Positions 1 to 10,808 of a stretch of DNA of 64,000 nt are shown here, in pieces; the stretch's first letter is position 1, and the number at the start of each line of letters is the position of its first letter. Source of the stretch: an uncultured virus (IMG/VR IMGVR_UViG_3300005264_001596) (Duplodnaviria; Heunggongvirae; Uroviricota; Caudoviricetes); the IMG/VR virus record IMGVR_UViG_3300005264_001596. One strand, 5' to 3'. The translations under genes and the position numbers were made by a program. The notes below the pieces were generated by a model. It was not told where the DNA came from. It saw only the letters and a program-made list of their open reading frames with translations, and did not search any database.

Positions 1-414
1 ATGGCATCATTATCTGAATGGATATTAAATTTATTTAAGAACGATGAATTAGAAGATACAATACCAGAAGGTTATTTTAAATTTAAAATAATAAAAACAA
101 CTGATGCAAAATATCTTGGAATTACATTTATTGCAGAAGAAATAACAAAAGAAACATTATTTGATGCATTGAATGAAGATTCTGAACAAGATATACAATT
201 ATTTAATGCAAAAATATCAGAACTTAGAACTAATACACAATTAACAGATGAAGAGGTATATTTAAAAGCGGAAACATGGGTTAGAAACAAAAAAGATAAT
301 AATATTTTCGATAATACTGAAATAGATAGAATATCCCAAAATGGTGATATTTTTAAAGTAATTATAGGAAATTATATTATGGTTATTAAACGTATTTTTG
401 TACAAACAAATTAA
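1..414 (+). CDS. hypothetical protein
   Basis: 137-aa ORF at the window edge; no motif recognised. Confidence 0.55.
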   Translation: MASLSEWILNLFKNDELEDTIPEGYFKFKIIKTTDAKYLGITFIAEEITKETLFDALNEDSEQDIQLFNAKISELRTNTQLTDEEVYLKAETWVRNKKDNNIFDNTEIDRISQNGDIFKVIIGNYIMVIKRIFVQTN

Positions 415-438
415 ATTAAATATAAGGAGGAATAAATA

Positions 439-1836
439 ATGGCTAAAATTACAGATCCAGATTTACTGAATCAGGGGACAGAAGTAGTAATCGATACATC
501 AGCTAAAACAATACAATTAGCGGTTGCAGGAAATTTAACAAATATTGGAACAGGAAATAATACAGGTGTTACATTACAATGTCTATATTCATTTTTAAAA
601 GAAGAATGGAAATCAGATGCTAATTTAATTAAATTTCCATTTCCTATGACTTCAATCACAAATGAACAATTTGAGGTTATTGACGGTTGGGATTTTGCTG
701 ATCAAAATACAAAAGATCTTGTTAGAGATGGTGGATGGGCACTTACTGAAAGTGGTGTAGTTCACGAAGAATATATGTGTGTTACAACTTTGGGTTCTTT
801 TGACAATAATACTGTCGATCAAGCGTATTATTTACAAGATCCAGCTGGAGCTCCAGTTGATATTGTATTACCAGGTGAAGTTAATCAAGCAATTAAAATA
901 TTTGGTGATGCAACACATGATGATTTTGATTATAAAGATATTGAAACAACTAATGTATTCCAGCTGTTCCTTCGTGAACAAGGAAAAACTTATGCATTCG
1001 GTGATTTATTCGTAGATCAATCAGTATCTTCGTTAACTTATAAGAAATATGCAATGCCTTTATCTAATGCTCCAGATCTTAAAATATCTGAAACTGATGA
1101 AAATATTGGTACAAATACTCCTTATACAGGAATGTCAATTACTTGGGGTTCTCAATCATTTGATATTGGTGGATCAAGTAGAGATTTTTCAGTTGTTATT
1201 GATGCTAATAATGCAACAGCTGAAGAAGTATATGAATTTGTACAATATGAATTACGTCAAGTTGGTGATATTGATGCTGGTGCAGGAGATGAACGTGGAG
1301 ATATATCTGAGGAATTATTAGTATTTGTAGGTTCAACTCTTAAAACTAAATTGACTTCTTCTGGTGGTGTATATATTAATAATTTCCAAGCTATTGATAC
1401 CAACAGATTAGTTTTTGTAGATGATACAGGTGTTGAAAGAACTTACCCATATGTTGCTTCTGGTAAAATATCATTTAATGATAATCTTCAAAATGATGCT
1501 TCTGCTAATTATTGGATGTTCTTTACAAATGATGATGCTGCTACAGTACCAGCAGGTAATAACTTTAATACTTCTGGTGCAATTATTGTTAAAGATAATT
1601 CTAATACAGATATTTCAGGAAGTGTATCAGGTCAAACAGAAAAATCATTTGATTTTGATTATGATGGAAATATTCAAAGAGGTGCAGGTTCTGCAGGTAA
1701 AGATGCACCAGTTACAATTATTGCATCAGGACTTGGAACTGCTCAATATGTAAAAGCAACTGGAACTATAATAAGATCAAATGCGAATAACTTTTCATTA
1801 GTATCTGCACTTGAAAGAAACTACGCTAATGATTAA
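439..1836 (+). CDS. putative virion (tail-associated) structural protein
   Basis: AAGGAGG RBS; AACA late-type motif at 405; acidic, G/T/D/N-rich beta-type composition; terminator follows. Confidence 0.6.
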   Translation: MAKITDPDLLNQGTEVVIDTSAKTIQLAVAGNLTNIGTGNNTGVTLQCLYSFLKEEWKSDANLIKFPFPMTSITNEQFEVIDGWDFADQNTKDLVRDGGWALTESGVVHEEYMCVTTLGSFDNNTVDQAYYLQDPAGAPVDIVLPGEVNQAIKIFGDATHDDFDYKDIETTNVFQLFLREQGKTYAFGDLFVDQSVSSLTYKKYAMPLSNAPDLKISETDENIGTNTPYTGMSITWGSQSFDIGGSSRDFSVVIDANNATAEEVYEFVQYELRQVGDIDAGAGDERGDISEELLVFVGSTLKTKLTSSGGVYINNFQAIDTNRLVFVDDTGVERTYPYVASGKISFNDNLQNDASANYWMFFTNDDAATVPAGNNFNTSGAIIVKDNSNTDISGSVSGQTEKSFDFDYDGNIQRGAGSAGKDAPVTIIASGLGTAQYVKATGTIIRSNANNFSLVSALERNYAND

Positions 1837-1844
1837 TAGAAATT

Positions 1845-1870
1845 ATAGTAGTCAACTTTTTGACTACTAT
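1845..1870 (+). terminator. intrinsic terminator
   Basis: ATAGTAGTCAA/TTGACTACTAT stem followed by a T-rich tract. Confidence 0.8.
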
Positions 1871-1897
1871 TTTCTTTTGCTGTAAGGAGGGTTAAAT

Positions 1898-4615
1898 ATG
1901 TCTAATCAAACAATATCCACAAGTATGACTATGGAGGAGTGTATATCTTTAGGTCTACTCAGTGGTGAAAATATAACAATAAATGGTGGGGCGGTGCTTA
2001 CTTGCACAGAAACCCCATCTGTATTAATAGGTTCTGTAACTATTAACTATGGAGAGTTACACATTGATGGACAGAATATAACAAACGGAAATGTGGTTAA
2101 CTTTGTTGGTGAAGGTGGACTGATAAATGGTTCAAATGACCAAACTATAATTGTTAATGGACAGGGTAAATTAAATATTACAGGTGCCTGGTTTGATATA
2201 GGCATAACTGATGGAACTGATAATCAAGTAATTGACTTATCAACTGCTACAGGAGTTGGATATTGGAATAAAGATGGTGTTGACTTCTGTGTTGACGTTA
2301 TTCCTATGATACAAATCGAAACAGGTAGAAGAATTGATTTTGATAATTATACTGGCACTATCCCTAGTGTTGGTGATTGGATATATAAAACTTCTGATAA
2401 GGGAGTCATGGGAAAAATAAAAGAGGTTGGAACTGATTATTTAATAGTTTGGTCACTAACAGGAACTTTATTAGATAATGACCCCATTCACTGTCAAAAA
2501 GTAGTAGATAATTTTGGTCCAGATATGCAAATATCATGGACTGCTTTAGTTAACAATGTTAATGGTGATATCAAAGCCGATGGTGTTTATATGGAATTTG
2601 GTAATGCTAGAAGTAACGGTAATAATTATATATCAGACTTTGGTAATGGTTTAGGCGGTTTAGTATTCCATCACGCTTTTAAATCAACTGATTTAACATT
2701 AGGTAGTAATACAGGAAGTGGCTTTGGCGGGTTCAAACCTCCAAGTGGATGTAAAATTAGAGTACCTAATGTTATAATTAACACTTCTAGTTTAGTTGGC
2801 GAAGGTGGAAGTGGTACTCCTTATGCTGATGGTGATGCTTTTGGTTGTGGCACAAACGATAACGAAACGGAATTGTTTGCTATCGAATGTTCAGCTGGTG
2901 GTGATATATTCATGAGTACTTGTAATTGGGGAAACGCTTACTCAGCTGACTCTGGTGCAAGTAAATATGAAGTTGAATATGTAGGATTTACTGTGGGTTT
3001 TGGAGTTAGTGTTTGTGGTAGTAAATCATTAATTAGACATGCTGTAGTCTGCCAAGCACCTGAAGTCAACGCCGCAGGAGTGAATATTTTTGGGAACGTA
3101 TTAGACACGGTTAATGGAGCAGACGTTAGTTTTAGTATGACTATAAATGCAAGATTAAGTGTTTCAGGTGTTTTTGGTGCTTCAACATCATTTAACGTAT
3201 CTATTAGTAATTGTATTTATTCAATGGCAGGAGCTGGTACAACACAAAAAGTAGGAGGTAAGGGCTACTCCTTTATTACAGTTACAAATGGAAATGTTGA
3301 TAATTGTTTATATTTTGGAGCAGAACCAGACTCTGTAATGGGAAACGCTGTGTCAATTGCCACAAGTAAAGATATATCTATTTCAAATATGAAATTAAGT
3401 GCAACTCAAAATTATATTAGCCAAACAAGAGATTTAGATTTATTTAGATTAAATAACTCAAATAATATTAAAATAGTAGGAATCGATCAAATAGGTGGTG
3501 GTTCACCTGGTGGTAACTTTATTGCTATGACAGATGCCGCTGACATAAAAATTAGAGCAATTGGTATGATTGATGATAGAATTGACTTAGGCTCTCACGG
3601 TAAAGCTGGTGTTGAAGTGTCTGGATTAGGTTCTAACACTGATATTGCTAGATGTTGGTTCGATAAGTCAACAACTGTAGTAGAGGAGTTTATAACCGTC
3701 ATAGTTACAGCTAAAAATACAATGGTGCAAAACTGTGCTAGTAAATATTTAGCAGAGGTTCAAATATCAGGTACAGATACTAAATTTAAAGGTATTAGTG
3801 GTGGTGGTGGTGCAGTAAGTTCAGCAACAGGTTGGGAAGATGCTTTAGTAGGCTCATATGGTAGAAGTATACATGACGCCTTTGAGAGTGATACAGCAGG
3901 TGCATTAGCTTGTGTTATGATTACACCAAGTACAGATATTAATGACACTAATATAATAGCTGGTAATCCATTGTTTTATAAAGATGGTGACTTAGATATG
4001 GTTAGTGGCGATATAATAGAATTTGAACAAGGATACTTTATGAAAGGTCACACAGGTTTCACAGGTGGCTATACAGCGGCTACAGGTTCAGCTTCAAGAG
4101 GTGCTAATGAGTGGTCAAAAGTAATACTTGAGTTTCAATATATGTTTAAAGGTGGTTCATGGAATGGTAGCTGGTTAGACGTTAGAACACCATCGAATTT
4201 AACAGGGATATCTGGCGATATTGCTGGTGGTATTAAGTTTAAATTTAGATTTACTGCAACAGGAACACAAAATAGTATGTCTATGTTGTTAATAGATACC
4301 ACTACTTCGTTAACTGCTCAAAGGGAAAATTTTTATCCTATTGACCAAGTTGAATCACATTTGACAATTACAGGATTAAAAGAAGGTACTGAAGTTAGAG
4401 TGTATCGTGCTAGTGATGGCGTGGAAATCATGGGTGTCGAAAATAGTGGTACAACTTTTACTGGAACTTATTCATATATAGAAGATTTTAATGTTACTAT
4501 TAGAATTGCAAGTTTGGAATACGTAATGATTTCCATGAATGAAATTACATTAACTGCGAATGATATAACTATTCCAGTACAACAACAAAAAGATAGATGG
4601 TATCTTAATAATTAG
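1898..4615 (+). CDS. putative tail spike / receptor-binding protein with right-handed beta-helix-like region
   Basis: 905 aa, G/S/N/T-rich, with repeated V/I-x-I-x-N-C patterns (e.g. VSISNC, GNVDNC, TMVQNC); short C-terminal beta module (LTITGLKEGTEVRVY). Confidence 0.55.
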   Translation: MSNQTISTSMTMEECISLGLLSGENITINGGAVLTCTETPSVLIGSVTINYGELHIDGQNITNGNVVNFVGEGGLINGSNDQTIIVNGQGKLNITGAWFDIGITDGTDNQVIDLSTATGVGYWNKDGVDFCVDVIPMIQIETGRRIDFDNYTGTIPSVGDWIYKTSDKGVMGKIKEVGTDYLIVWSLTGTLLDNDPIHCQKVVDNFGPDMQISWTALVNNVNGDIKADGVYMEFGNARSNGNNYISDFGNGLGGLVFHHAFKSTDLTLGSNTGSGFGGFKPPSGCKIRVPNVIINTSSLVGEGGSGTPYADGDAFGCGTNDNETELFAIECSAGGDIFMSTCNWGNAYSADSGASKYEVEYVGFTVGFGVSVCGSKSLIRHAVVCQAPEVNAAGVNIFGNVLDTVNGADVSFSMTINARLSVSGVFGASTSFNVSISNCIYSMAGAGTTQKVGGKGYSFITVTNGNVDNCLYFGAEPDSVMGNAVSIATSKDISISNMKLSATQNYISQTRDLDLFRLNNSNNIKIVGIDQIGGGSPGGNFIAMTDAADIKIRAIGMIDDRIDLGSHGKAGVEVSGLGSNTDIARCWFDKSTTVVEEFITVIVTAKNTMVQNCASKYLAEVQISGTDTKFKGISGGGGAVSSATGWEDALVGSYGRSIHDAFESDTAGALACVMITPSTDINDTNIIAGNPLFYKDGDLDMVSGDIIEFEQGYFMKGHTGFTGGYTAATGSASRGANEWSKVILEFQYMFKGGSWNGSWLDVRTPSNLTGISGDIAGGIKFKFRFTATGTQNSMSMLLIDTTTSLTAQRENFYPIDQVESHLTITGLKEGTEVRVYRASDGVEIMGVENSGTTFTGTYSYIEDFNVTIRIASLEYVMISMNEITLTANDITIPVQQQKDRWYLNN

Positions 4616-4627
4616 ACGGAGGTTATA

Positions 4628-5029
4628 ATGAAATTAGCAATGAAAATAATTAATCTTAAAATTTTTCAAGATAAAATTACAGAATACCTTGAAGATAATC
4701 ATATTAAAATTGCAAATGAAAAAGACCCATATCAGAAATTGGTATACGGAGAATTGATTAAAGTATTAAATAAAGTTTATCTTGATTATGATATTATAAT
4801 GATAAAAGAAAGAGACAATTTATTAGAAAAAACAATGAATTCATCAGATGGAATAATACATTTAATTAATATAGGAACTTTTTATGAATATCTTAAAAAT
4901 AAAATTAATAAATATTTAGATAAAAGTAAAATAGAAAAAAATCCATATCAAAAATGGTCATATGATGAAGTAGTTAAATTATTAAATGTTTTAATATCAG
5001 ATTATGATAATTTAATATTACATCAATAA
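4628..5029 (+). CDS. hypothetical protein with internal two-fold repeat
   Basis: EKDPYQKLVYGELIKVLN..LDYD versus EKNPYQKWSYDEVVKLLN..SDYD. Confidence 0.65.
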   Translation: MKLAMKIINLKIFQDKITEYLEDNHIKIANEKDPYQKLVYGELIKVLNKVYLDYDIIMIKERDNLLEKTMNSSDGIIHLINIGTFYEYLKNKINKYLDKSKIEKNPYQKWSYDEVVKLLNVLISDYDNLILHQ

Positions 5030-5051
5030 TATTAGAAAGGAGAAGGGTTAA

Positions 5052-5549
5052 ATGTCTTTTACAATAGATGGATTACAAAAACTTTTTTTATGTGATCTTG
5101 GTACAATTGAAATAAATGTTAAAGATTTATATTCTATATGGAAACGATGGTTATTAGAATCTGATAATGCTAAATATCCCCATGCTTTCGAAGTTGTTGG
5201 TGGTGATCCAACTATTGGAAATAATATTATAACACCATATTTCTTTTTAGCCAATGGATGGAAAATTCGACCGCAAGAAGCAAATCATAATCTTAATGTA
5301 GATGGTATACTACTTGTAAAGGGTGGTGGTGATGTATTTGTAGATACCTTAGGAATTTATAGAGTTGCTATTAATGCAATTGTACCTATATATACTGAAA
5401 CTGTATTAGTTGGAGGAGGAGGAGTTTCTAATATTAATAAACAGGACATTAGAGATGCAATGTTACTCAAACCAACAAATCAATTAACACCTGCTATAGG
5501 CTCATTAGATAATGCAATAAATCGTATTGATAAAAACACACAAACGTAA
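5052..5549 (+). CDS. putative structural protein, similar to the N-terminal domain of 439-1836
   Basis: DLYSIWKRW...YP..F...FFLANGW resembles CLYSFLKEEW...FPFPM...FEVIDGW. Confidence 0.55.
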   Translation: MSFTIDGLQKLFLCDLGTIEINVKDLYSIWKRWLLESDNAKYPHAFEVVGGDPTIGNNIITPYFFLANGWKIRPQEANHNLNVDGILLVKGGGDVFVDTLGIYRVAINAIVPIYTETVLVGGGGVSNINKQDIRDAMLLKPTNQLTPAIGSLDNAINRIDKNTQT

Positions 5550-5566
5550 AATAGGAGGATACACTT

Positions 5567-6739
5567 ATGAGTGAACAAAAATTAAAAGACATATTAATTA
5601 ATAGAAATTATTTAAATAAAGATGAAACAAATTCTTATCCAAAAGTTAAAAAAGCGATAGATGATATTTTAGCTGATTATACTAATTTATTTCATGATGT
5701 TGTAGTAGTAAAAAGAGATTCTGCAAATTATTTAAAAAAAATTAAAACTCCAATTAAACCTGTCAATAATAAAGTTTTTCAAGTACCTAGTCCTAAAACA
5801 TATTGGAAATTAGGTGATAAGGCAGAAGATATACTTAAATTAGAACTTGGCTTACAAATGTTAGGTTTTTTGCATAAATATATTGATGGTTATTATGGTA
5901 CAGCAACTAAACAAGCTGTTATTAATTTTCAGAAAAAATTTAAATTACATGTTGACGGTTATGCTGGTAATAATACAATAAATAAAATAAATGAAGTTCT
6001 TAGAATAATCGGACCTCAATATAAAACAACTGAAATTGATGGAAGTTTAATTCATATATATGAAACAACTTCAAATCAAATACCTGATATTGAATTAGGT
6101 GACAGAAATAAATTTGAACAATTATCACGTATGAAAAGTACATCTAATAAATATAAAAATCATAAGATTGTTTTAAAAGCAAATTTAGGATTTTTTGGTG
6201 GAAATAATAATGAAAATGTTGGAACTTTTTTAGATGAAGGTGAATTTATTAGTTTACCAGATTCTAATTTTATTGATATTGTTTATAATAAGAATGGAAC
6301 TTTTAAAAATGATAAATATACAACATCTGAAATATCTGATATGAAAAATACAACTAATTGGGTTGTTAGTGGTTCATATTTATTAGTGAAAGATGGAAAA
6401 CAAGTAATAGAAAATGTAGGAGAATTCCCACATTATAAATATAAACATCCACGCACTATGTATGGATTTAAACCAGATGGTACAATGGTTATAGTTGTTG
6501 TTAATGGTAGAAAGAAAAACGAATCAGTTGGATTTACAGCTAAGCAACAATCAAAATTAATGTATGATTTAGGTTGCGAATTAGCTTGGAATGCAGATGG
6601 TGGCGGTTCTAGCACTTTTATATTAGGATTTGATATTGTTAATAATGGTATAAAAGAATCAGTTGAATTATTAATAAATGAACCAACTGACGGACAAGAA
6701 CGTTATATCGGTTCTGCAATGTTTATATATGAAAAATAA
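5567..6739 (+). CDS. peptidoglycan-binding domain plus phosphodiester glycosidase (NAGPA/DUF2233-like) cell-wall enzyme
   Basis: PG_binding_1 pattern (LGD..EDI..L...L..LG...IDGYYG..T..AV..FQ....L.VDG.AG..T); glycosidase motifs HPRT..G, VVVNGR, AWNADGGGSST. Confidence 0.8.
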   Translation: MSEQKLKDILINRNYLNKDETNSYPKVKKAIDDILADYTNLFHDVVVVKRDSANYLKKIKTPIKPVNNKVFQVPSPKTYWKLGDKAEDILKLELGLQMLGFLHKYIDGYYGTATKQAVINFQKKFKLHVDGYAGNNTINKINEVLRIIGPQYKTTEIDGSLIHIYETTSNQIPDIELGDRNKFEQLSRMKSTSNKYKNHKIVLKANLGFFGGNNNENVGTFLDEGEFISLPDSNFIDIVYNKNGTFKNDKYTTSEISDMKNTTNWVVSGSYLLVKDGKQVIENVGEFPHYKYKHPRTMYGFKPDGTMVIVVVNGRKKNESVGFTAKQQSKLMYDLGCELAWNADGGGSSTFILGFDIVNNGIKESVELLINEPTDGQERYIGSAMFIYEK

Positions 6740-6878
6740 TACTAAATACAGAGATGTTGTTGAATATTTTAGAACTCAATATTATAGAAAATTTTTAGAT
6801 AATGATAAATTAAAATCATTATTAAAAAATAATTCTATAACTGAAGAAGAGTATGATTATATAATCAAACCAAAATAA
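6729..6878 (+). CDS. XkdX-like small protein
   Basis: 49 aa from ATG 6729, ending ITEEEYDYII, a pattern typical of XkdX-family proteins near tail/lysis genes. Confidence 0.55.
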   Translation: MKNNTKYRDVVEYFRTQYYRKFLDNDKLKSLLKNNSITEEEYDYIIKPK

Positions 6879-6882
6879 TAAT

Positions 6883-6911
6883 TATAAAGAGTGATTTTTT
6901 CACTCTTTATA
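6883..6911 (+). terminator. intrinsic terminator
   Basis: TATAAAGAGTGA/TCACTCTTTATA inverted repeat. Confidence 0.7.
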
Positions 6912-6928
6912 TAATTTCTTTTATAATA

Positions 6929-6943
6929 TAAGTATATATTATA
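6929..6943 (+). promoter_or_regulatory. putative early (virion-RNAP) promoter motif TAAGTATATATTATA
   Basis: The same motif recurs upstream of gene starts at 8866, 18187, 24433, 29921, 35166, 41025, 55138, 59878 and 63060. Confidence 0.7.
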
Positions 6944-6981
6944 AAATCGATAATAATATTAGAATAAAAAAGGAGGATACA

Positions 6982-7443
6982 ATGAATGCAATAGAATCAA
7001 ATAAAGTTATAATAGAGTTATTTAAAGATTATATGGAAACATTTGATCTAGAAAATAATGAAGGAGTAAAAATAAATTTTAAAACAAAAGGTGTAATAAA
7101 ATCTATGCATAACGATAAACATGTTATTCATAAGGATTTAGATGTATCAATAATTGTTATTAAAGATGAGGTTTTACCTTATAGAGTTTTATTTTTAGCT
7201 GATACTAAAATTATAAAACACATATATGGTAAAACTAATATCATAGATAATGCATTAACATTTGAAATTAATAAAAGTATGAAATTAATTGGTTATGATA
7301 ATGCATTTGAAGACGCAATTAAAATTGATGAAATATTTATTAATCCAAATAGTTCATCAATTAATATCCAATCTGTAGATATTATTAAATCAGATGATGG
7401 TTTTTTAACGGATTATCAATTATATGAAAGATATATTATCTAA
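6982..7443 (+). CDS. hypothetical protein
   Basis: AAGGAGG RBS; 153-aa ORF. Confidence 0.65.
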   Translation: MNAIESNKVIIELFKDYMETFDLENNEGVKINFKTKGVIKSMHNDKHVIHKDLDVSIIVIKDEVLPYRVLFLADTKIIKHIYGKTNIIDNALTFEINKSMKLIGYDNAFEDAIKIDEIFINPNSSSINIQSVDIIKSDDGFLTDYQLYERYII

Positions 7444-7491
7444 AAATATATTAAGACATATTAAAAAGATATGAAGGAGGAATCATATTAT

Positions 7492-8223
7492 ATGTCAAAA
7501 AAAATAAATAAAACACGGTCATTATTTTTATTCACGGATGGATCATCAAAACGAATTTCTGGTATAAATCATATAGCATCTAGCTATATTATAATTGATC
7601 CAAATCATAAAGATCCTATAATTTATCAAGGTTCTAGTTATGAAAGTAATTCCAAATCTTTAAATGATCAAAGTGAGATGGAAGCTGTGTTTCAGGGGTT
7701 AGAACGAATAGATACACTAAGAAGATTGAAGAAAATTAAATTAGTTAAACATCAAGTGCGAGTGTATGTTATCACTGATGCAGATTATGTACGAAAAACA
7801 TTTACTCAATACGTATATGGCTTTATTAAAAGAGGTTCCCTTGATGGAGAATGGAAAACTTCTGCTGGAAAAGTTATTGCACATCAAAAATTAGTAAAAC
7901 ATATATTCTTCAATTATGTAAATAATAAAAAGAATTATAATATTAAATTCTTTCATATTAATTCACATATTAAACCATCAAAACTTCAATCAACACATAT
8001 TAAATTTAATAAAAAAAATAAATGTAATATATCATTAGAGAAATTTAAAGTATTAATAAAATACAATGAGCAATGTGATAAATTAGCAGGTAAAACGATG
8101 AATGATGGAATTAATATGAATGTCTTAGAATTTGCTAATAATCAATTAACTATTGATAAACAAGTTAAATCAGTACACATTAATAATATTCATTATAGGA
8201 ATCAACCTAATATTAATAAATAA
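7492..8223 (+). CDS. rnhA: ribonuclease HI
   Basis: FTDGS, EMEA, TDADY, HINSH and NEQCDKLA motifs; start moved to the ATG after AAGGAGG. Confidence 0.85.
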   Translation: MSKKINKTRSLFLFTDGSSKRISGINHIASSYIIIDPNHKDPIIYQGSSYESNSKSLNDQSEMEAVFQGLERIDTLRRLKKIKLVKHQVRVYVITDADYVRKTFTQYVYGFIKRGSLDGEWKTSAGKVIAHQKLVKHIFFNYVNNKKNYNIKFFHINSHIKPSKLQSTHIKFNKKNKCNISLEKFKVLIKYNEQCDKLAGKTMNDGINMNVLEFANNQLTIDKQVKSVHINNIHYRNQPNINK

Positions 8224-8224
8224 T

Positions 8225-8248
8225 ATGAAGAGACTTTGGTCTCTTCAT
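8225..8248 (+). terminator. intrinsic terminator
   Basis: ATGAAGAGAC/GTCTCTTCAT stem. Confidence 0.7.
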
Positions 8249-8327
8249 TTATTTCGTTTAATTAAATAAATTATTATAATATCAAGAACAAAAGTATATA
8301 TGAATTATAATAAAGGAGGAGATTAAA

Positions 8328-8864
8328 ATGAAATTTTCTAAAAAAAGATTAAGAAAATATGAAAAATCTGAAGTTGAAAAATTAATTTCTAAATTTACAG
8401 ATGATATTTGGCTCTATATTAATGCTCATAATATGAATAATAAACAAATATATAATTATGCATTATCATTGTATAAAGAAAATCTTTTAATTGAAGACCC
8501 TAGTTTTAATTCTATGTCAGGTTATATGAAATTTAAAAACCATAAAAATTATTCTGATACAAATCTTAAATATGATAATAAAAAATCATTAGTACAGAAT
8601 ATACAAAAGAATAGAAAAAATGTTAGAAAACAAGAAGTATTAGAAGAGATTATGGATACTGATGTAATTTTAATGTCAGCTTTAAATGGTTCATTAACTG
8701 AAAGAGTAATCAATGATAAAATCTTTAGAAAAGAATTAAAAAGTTTTTGTAAATTAGAAAAGAAAAAAGAACCAATTGTATTAAAAAGTAATTTAACAAA
8801 GTACATGAATAAAAATAACAATATGGATATTTTTGATGATTTGTTAGATACTCGTGGCTATTAA
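8328..8864 (+). CDS. hypothetical basic protein
   Basis: AAGGAGG RBS; AACA-N6-TA at 8287. Confidence 0.65.
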   Translation: MKFSKKRLRKYEKSEVEKLISKFTDDIWLYINAHNMNNKQIYNYALSLYKENLLIEDPSFNSMSGYMKFKNHKNYSDTNLKYDNKKSLVQNIQKNRKNVRKQEVLEEIMDTDVILMSALNGSLTERVINDKIFRKELKSFCKLEKKKEPIVLKSNLTKYMNKNNNMDIFDDLLDTRGY

Positions 8865-8910
8865 ATAAGGATATATTATAGCATTGAATAAAATAGAGGA
8901 GGAATAAATA

Positions 8911-10808
8911 ATGGGAAAGTTCGATGATTTCGGTGATGATAAATCACGGATTGATAACACATTTAGTACTAAATTATTAAAGAAAATTAGAAAAGTTATT
9001 GAGTCAGACAAAAGTGGTATCAAGAAGTATCAAAAGGTAGAAAAAATTCTTACGGAAAATAATTTTCATATTATTCACATGAGATAGATGAAAATCATAT
9101 TGTTGTTGTTCAAGACAGACATCGATTAATGGATCTAGATGATTTTGAATCTAATAAAAAAGAAATACGTAAAATATTGAAAAAATTATCAGCTGATTAT
9201 ATTCTATTTGATATAGGATTTACTAAGAGAACCTATAAAAATTGGGCTACAGATCATAAAGGAAATCCAATTATTATAGACCATGGTTATATTGAACCTA
9301 TAACAGAAGATACAAGTTTTAAATGTAGAAATTTAGTTTTAAAAAATCATAAAAACAATAAGGTTAAACAATGCAATGGTAATTTATCATATAATAAAGA
9401 TTTTACAAAAGTAAAATGTGATAAATGCGGAGAAGTTTTCAACAATGATGTACTCTTTAGAGTTCGTTTGGATGAAATAAAAGCTATGGAAAAAGCTAAT
9501 GGATATGATAACACTTCTGGATTTACTAAATCAGAATGGTTAGACATGGTTGAACGTTCAGATAAAATTCAAAAAGAACGTAAACAACAAGAGAGAGATG
9601 CATTCATTGAAAATTATTATAAAGAAAAAGAGAAAAAAACAGAAAAGGAGAATACTAAAATGAGTAGAAGAGAAGCAAGACGTAAAAATAAGCAAAAAGG
9701 TAAAGACCGTAGTGAATCTACTGAAATACTCGATTTATTAGCAGATAAATATCAAAAAGAAAATGAAGATTTTAACGATGGTGAATTATCTGATTATGAA
9801 GAAGAAAATTTATTAGGAATAGAATTTAGTGAAGAAGAATTTTTAAATGATGATGATATAGATTTAGAAAATATGGCATCTGAACATTCTGACATTATAG
9901 GTAATCAAGTAACGTTCATTCCTGATGAAGAATCTGAATTAGAATATGATTCACATGAAATGCCAATTACAGGTAAAAAAGAATTTGAAGTACCAAATTC
10001 AAATCCATTAGATATGCTTGGTGGTGATTATGCTGGTGATGAATTAGAAGAAGAAGAAGAATCATTAGAAGACTTAATTCAATATATTATCAAAGATACT
10101 GTAGCACAAACTAAAGATGAACTTACTGAGAAGTTTAATAAAATGATGGATGATAAACTTTCAAACATTACAGAATTATTAAGCAACATTACAAACTCAA
10201 AACAATCAAATGATTTTGATGAATTAGATTCTAATAATGAATTTGAAGATATAAATATAAAATTAACAGATATTGAAGATGTTATTAGAGAATATTTTAC
10301 TCAAGAAAAAGTTACACCTGATGTAACTACTGAAGTAGTTAAATTAGACATCATTGATACAAAAATTAATACGTTAACAAAATTAATGAAAGAATCTAAT
10401 TTAGATGAAAATACAATTAATATTTATAATAAAATGATTAAGTTTTTAGATAAACCTAAAGATATCATGTTAATATTAGACAGATTAATTGATTCATTTG
10501 ATAGTAAATTATTGTATCTTAATTTAAAAGATACTGAATTTATGTCAATATATTTAACTATAGATGGAAAAACTGATGTAGAATTACCAATAGAAGTTAT
10601 TAGAAAAGCAGTATCAACAGTTGAAGTAGCTGATGACAATTTAATTCATATTAGTTCAATAACTGCAGTTGATGTAGATGAAGAAGGAAAATTAATTAAT
10701 AGTAGTTCGAGATTAATTCATAGTGATTTCTTTTTAGATAGCAATGAAAATAAAATTATCAGTATTAACAAAGATACAAGTGAGATTATCGAACAAGATG
10801 AAGAGTAA
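8911..10808 (+). pseudogene. protein-kinase-like / Zn-finger / acidic-tail protein, disrupted near 9060-9087
   Basis: RBS-led ORF 8911-9087 stops. Another frame continues (SHEIDENHIVVVQD...DIGF....KNW....IIIDHGY) into ORF 9129-10808, which has Cys pairs (CRN..QCNG..CDKC) and a D/E-rich tail. No Gly-loop or VAIK lysine is visible. Confidence 0.55.
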
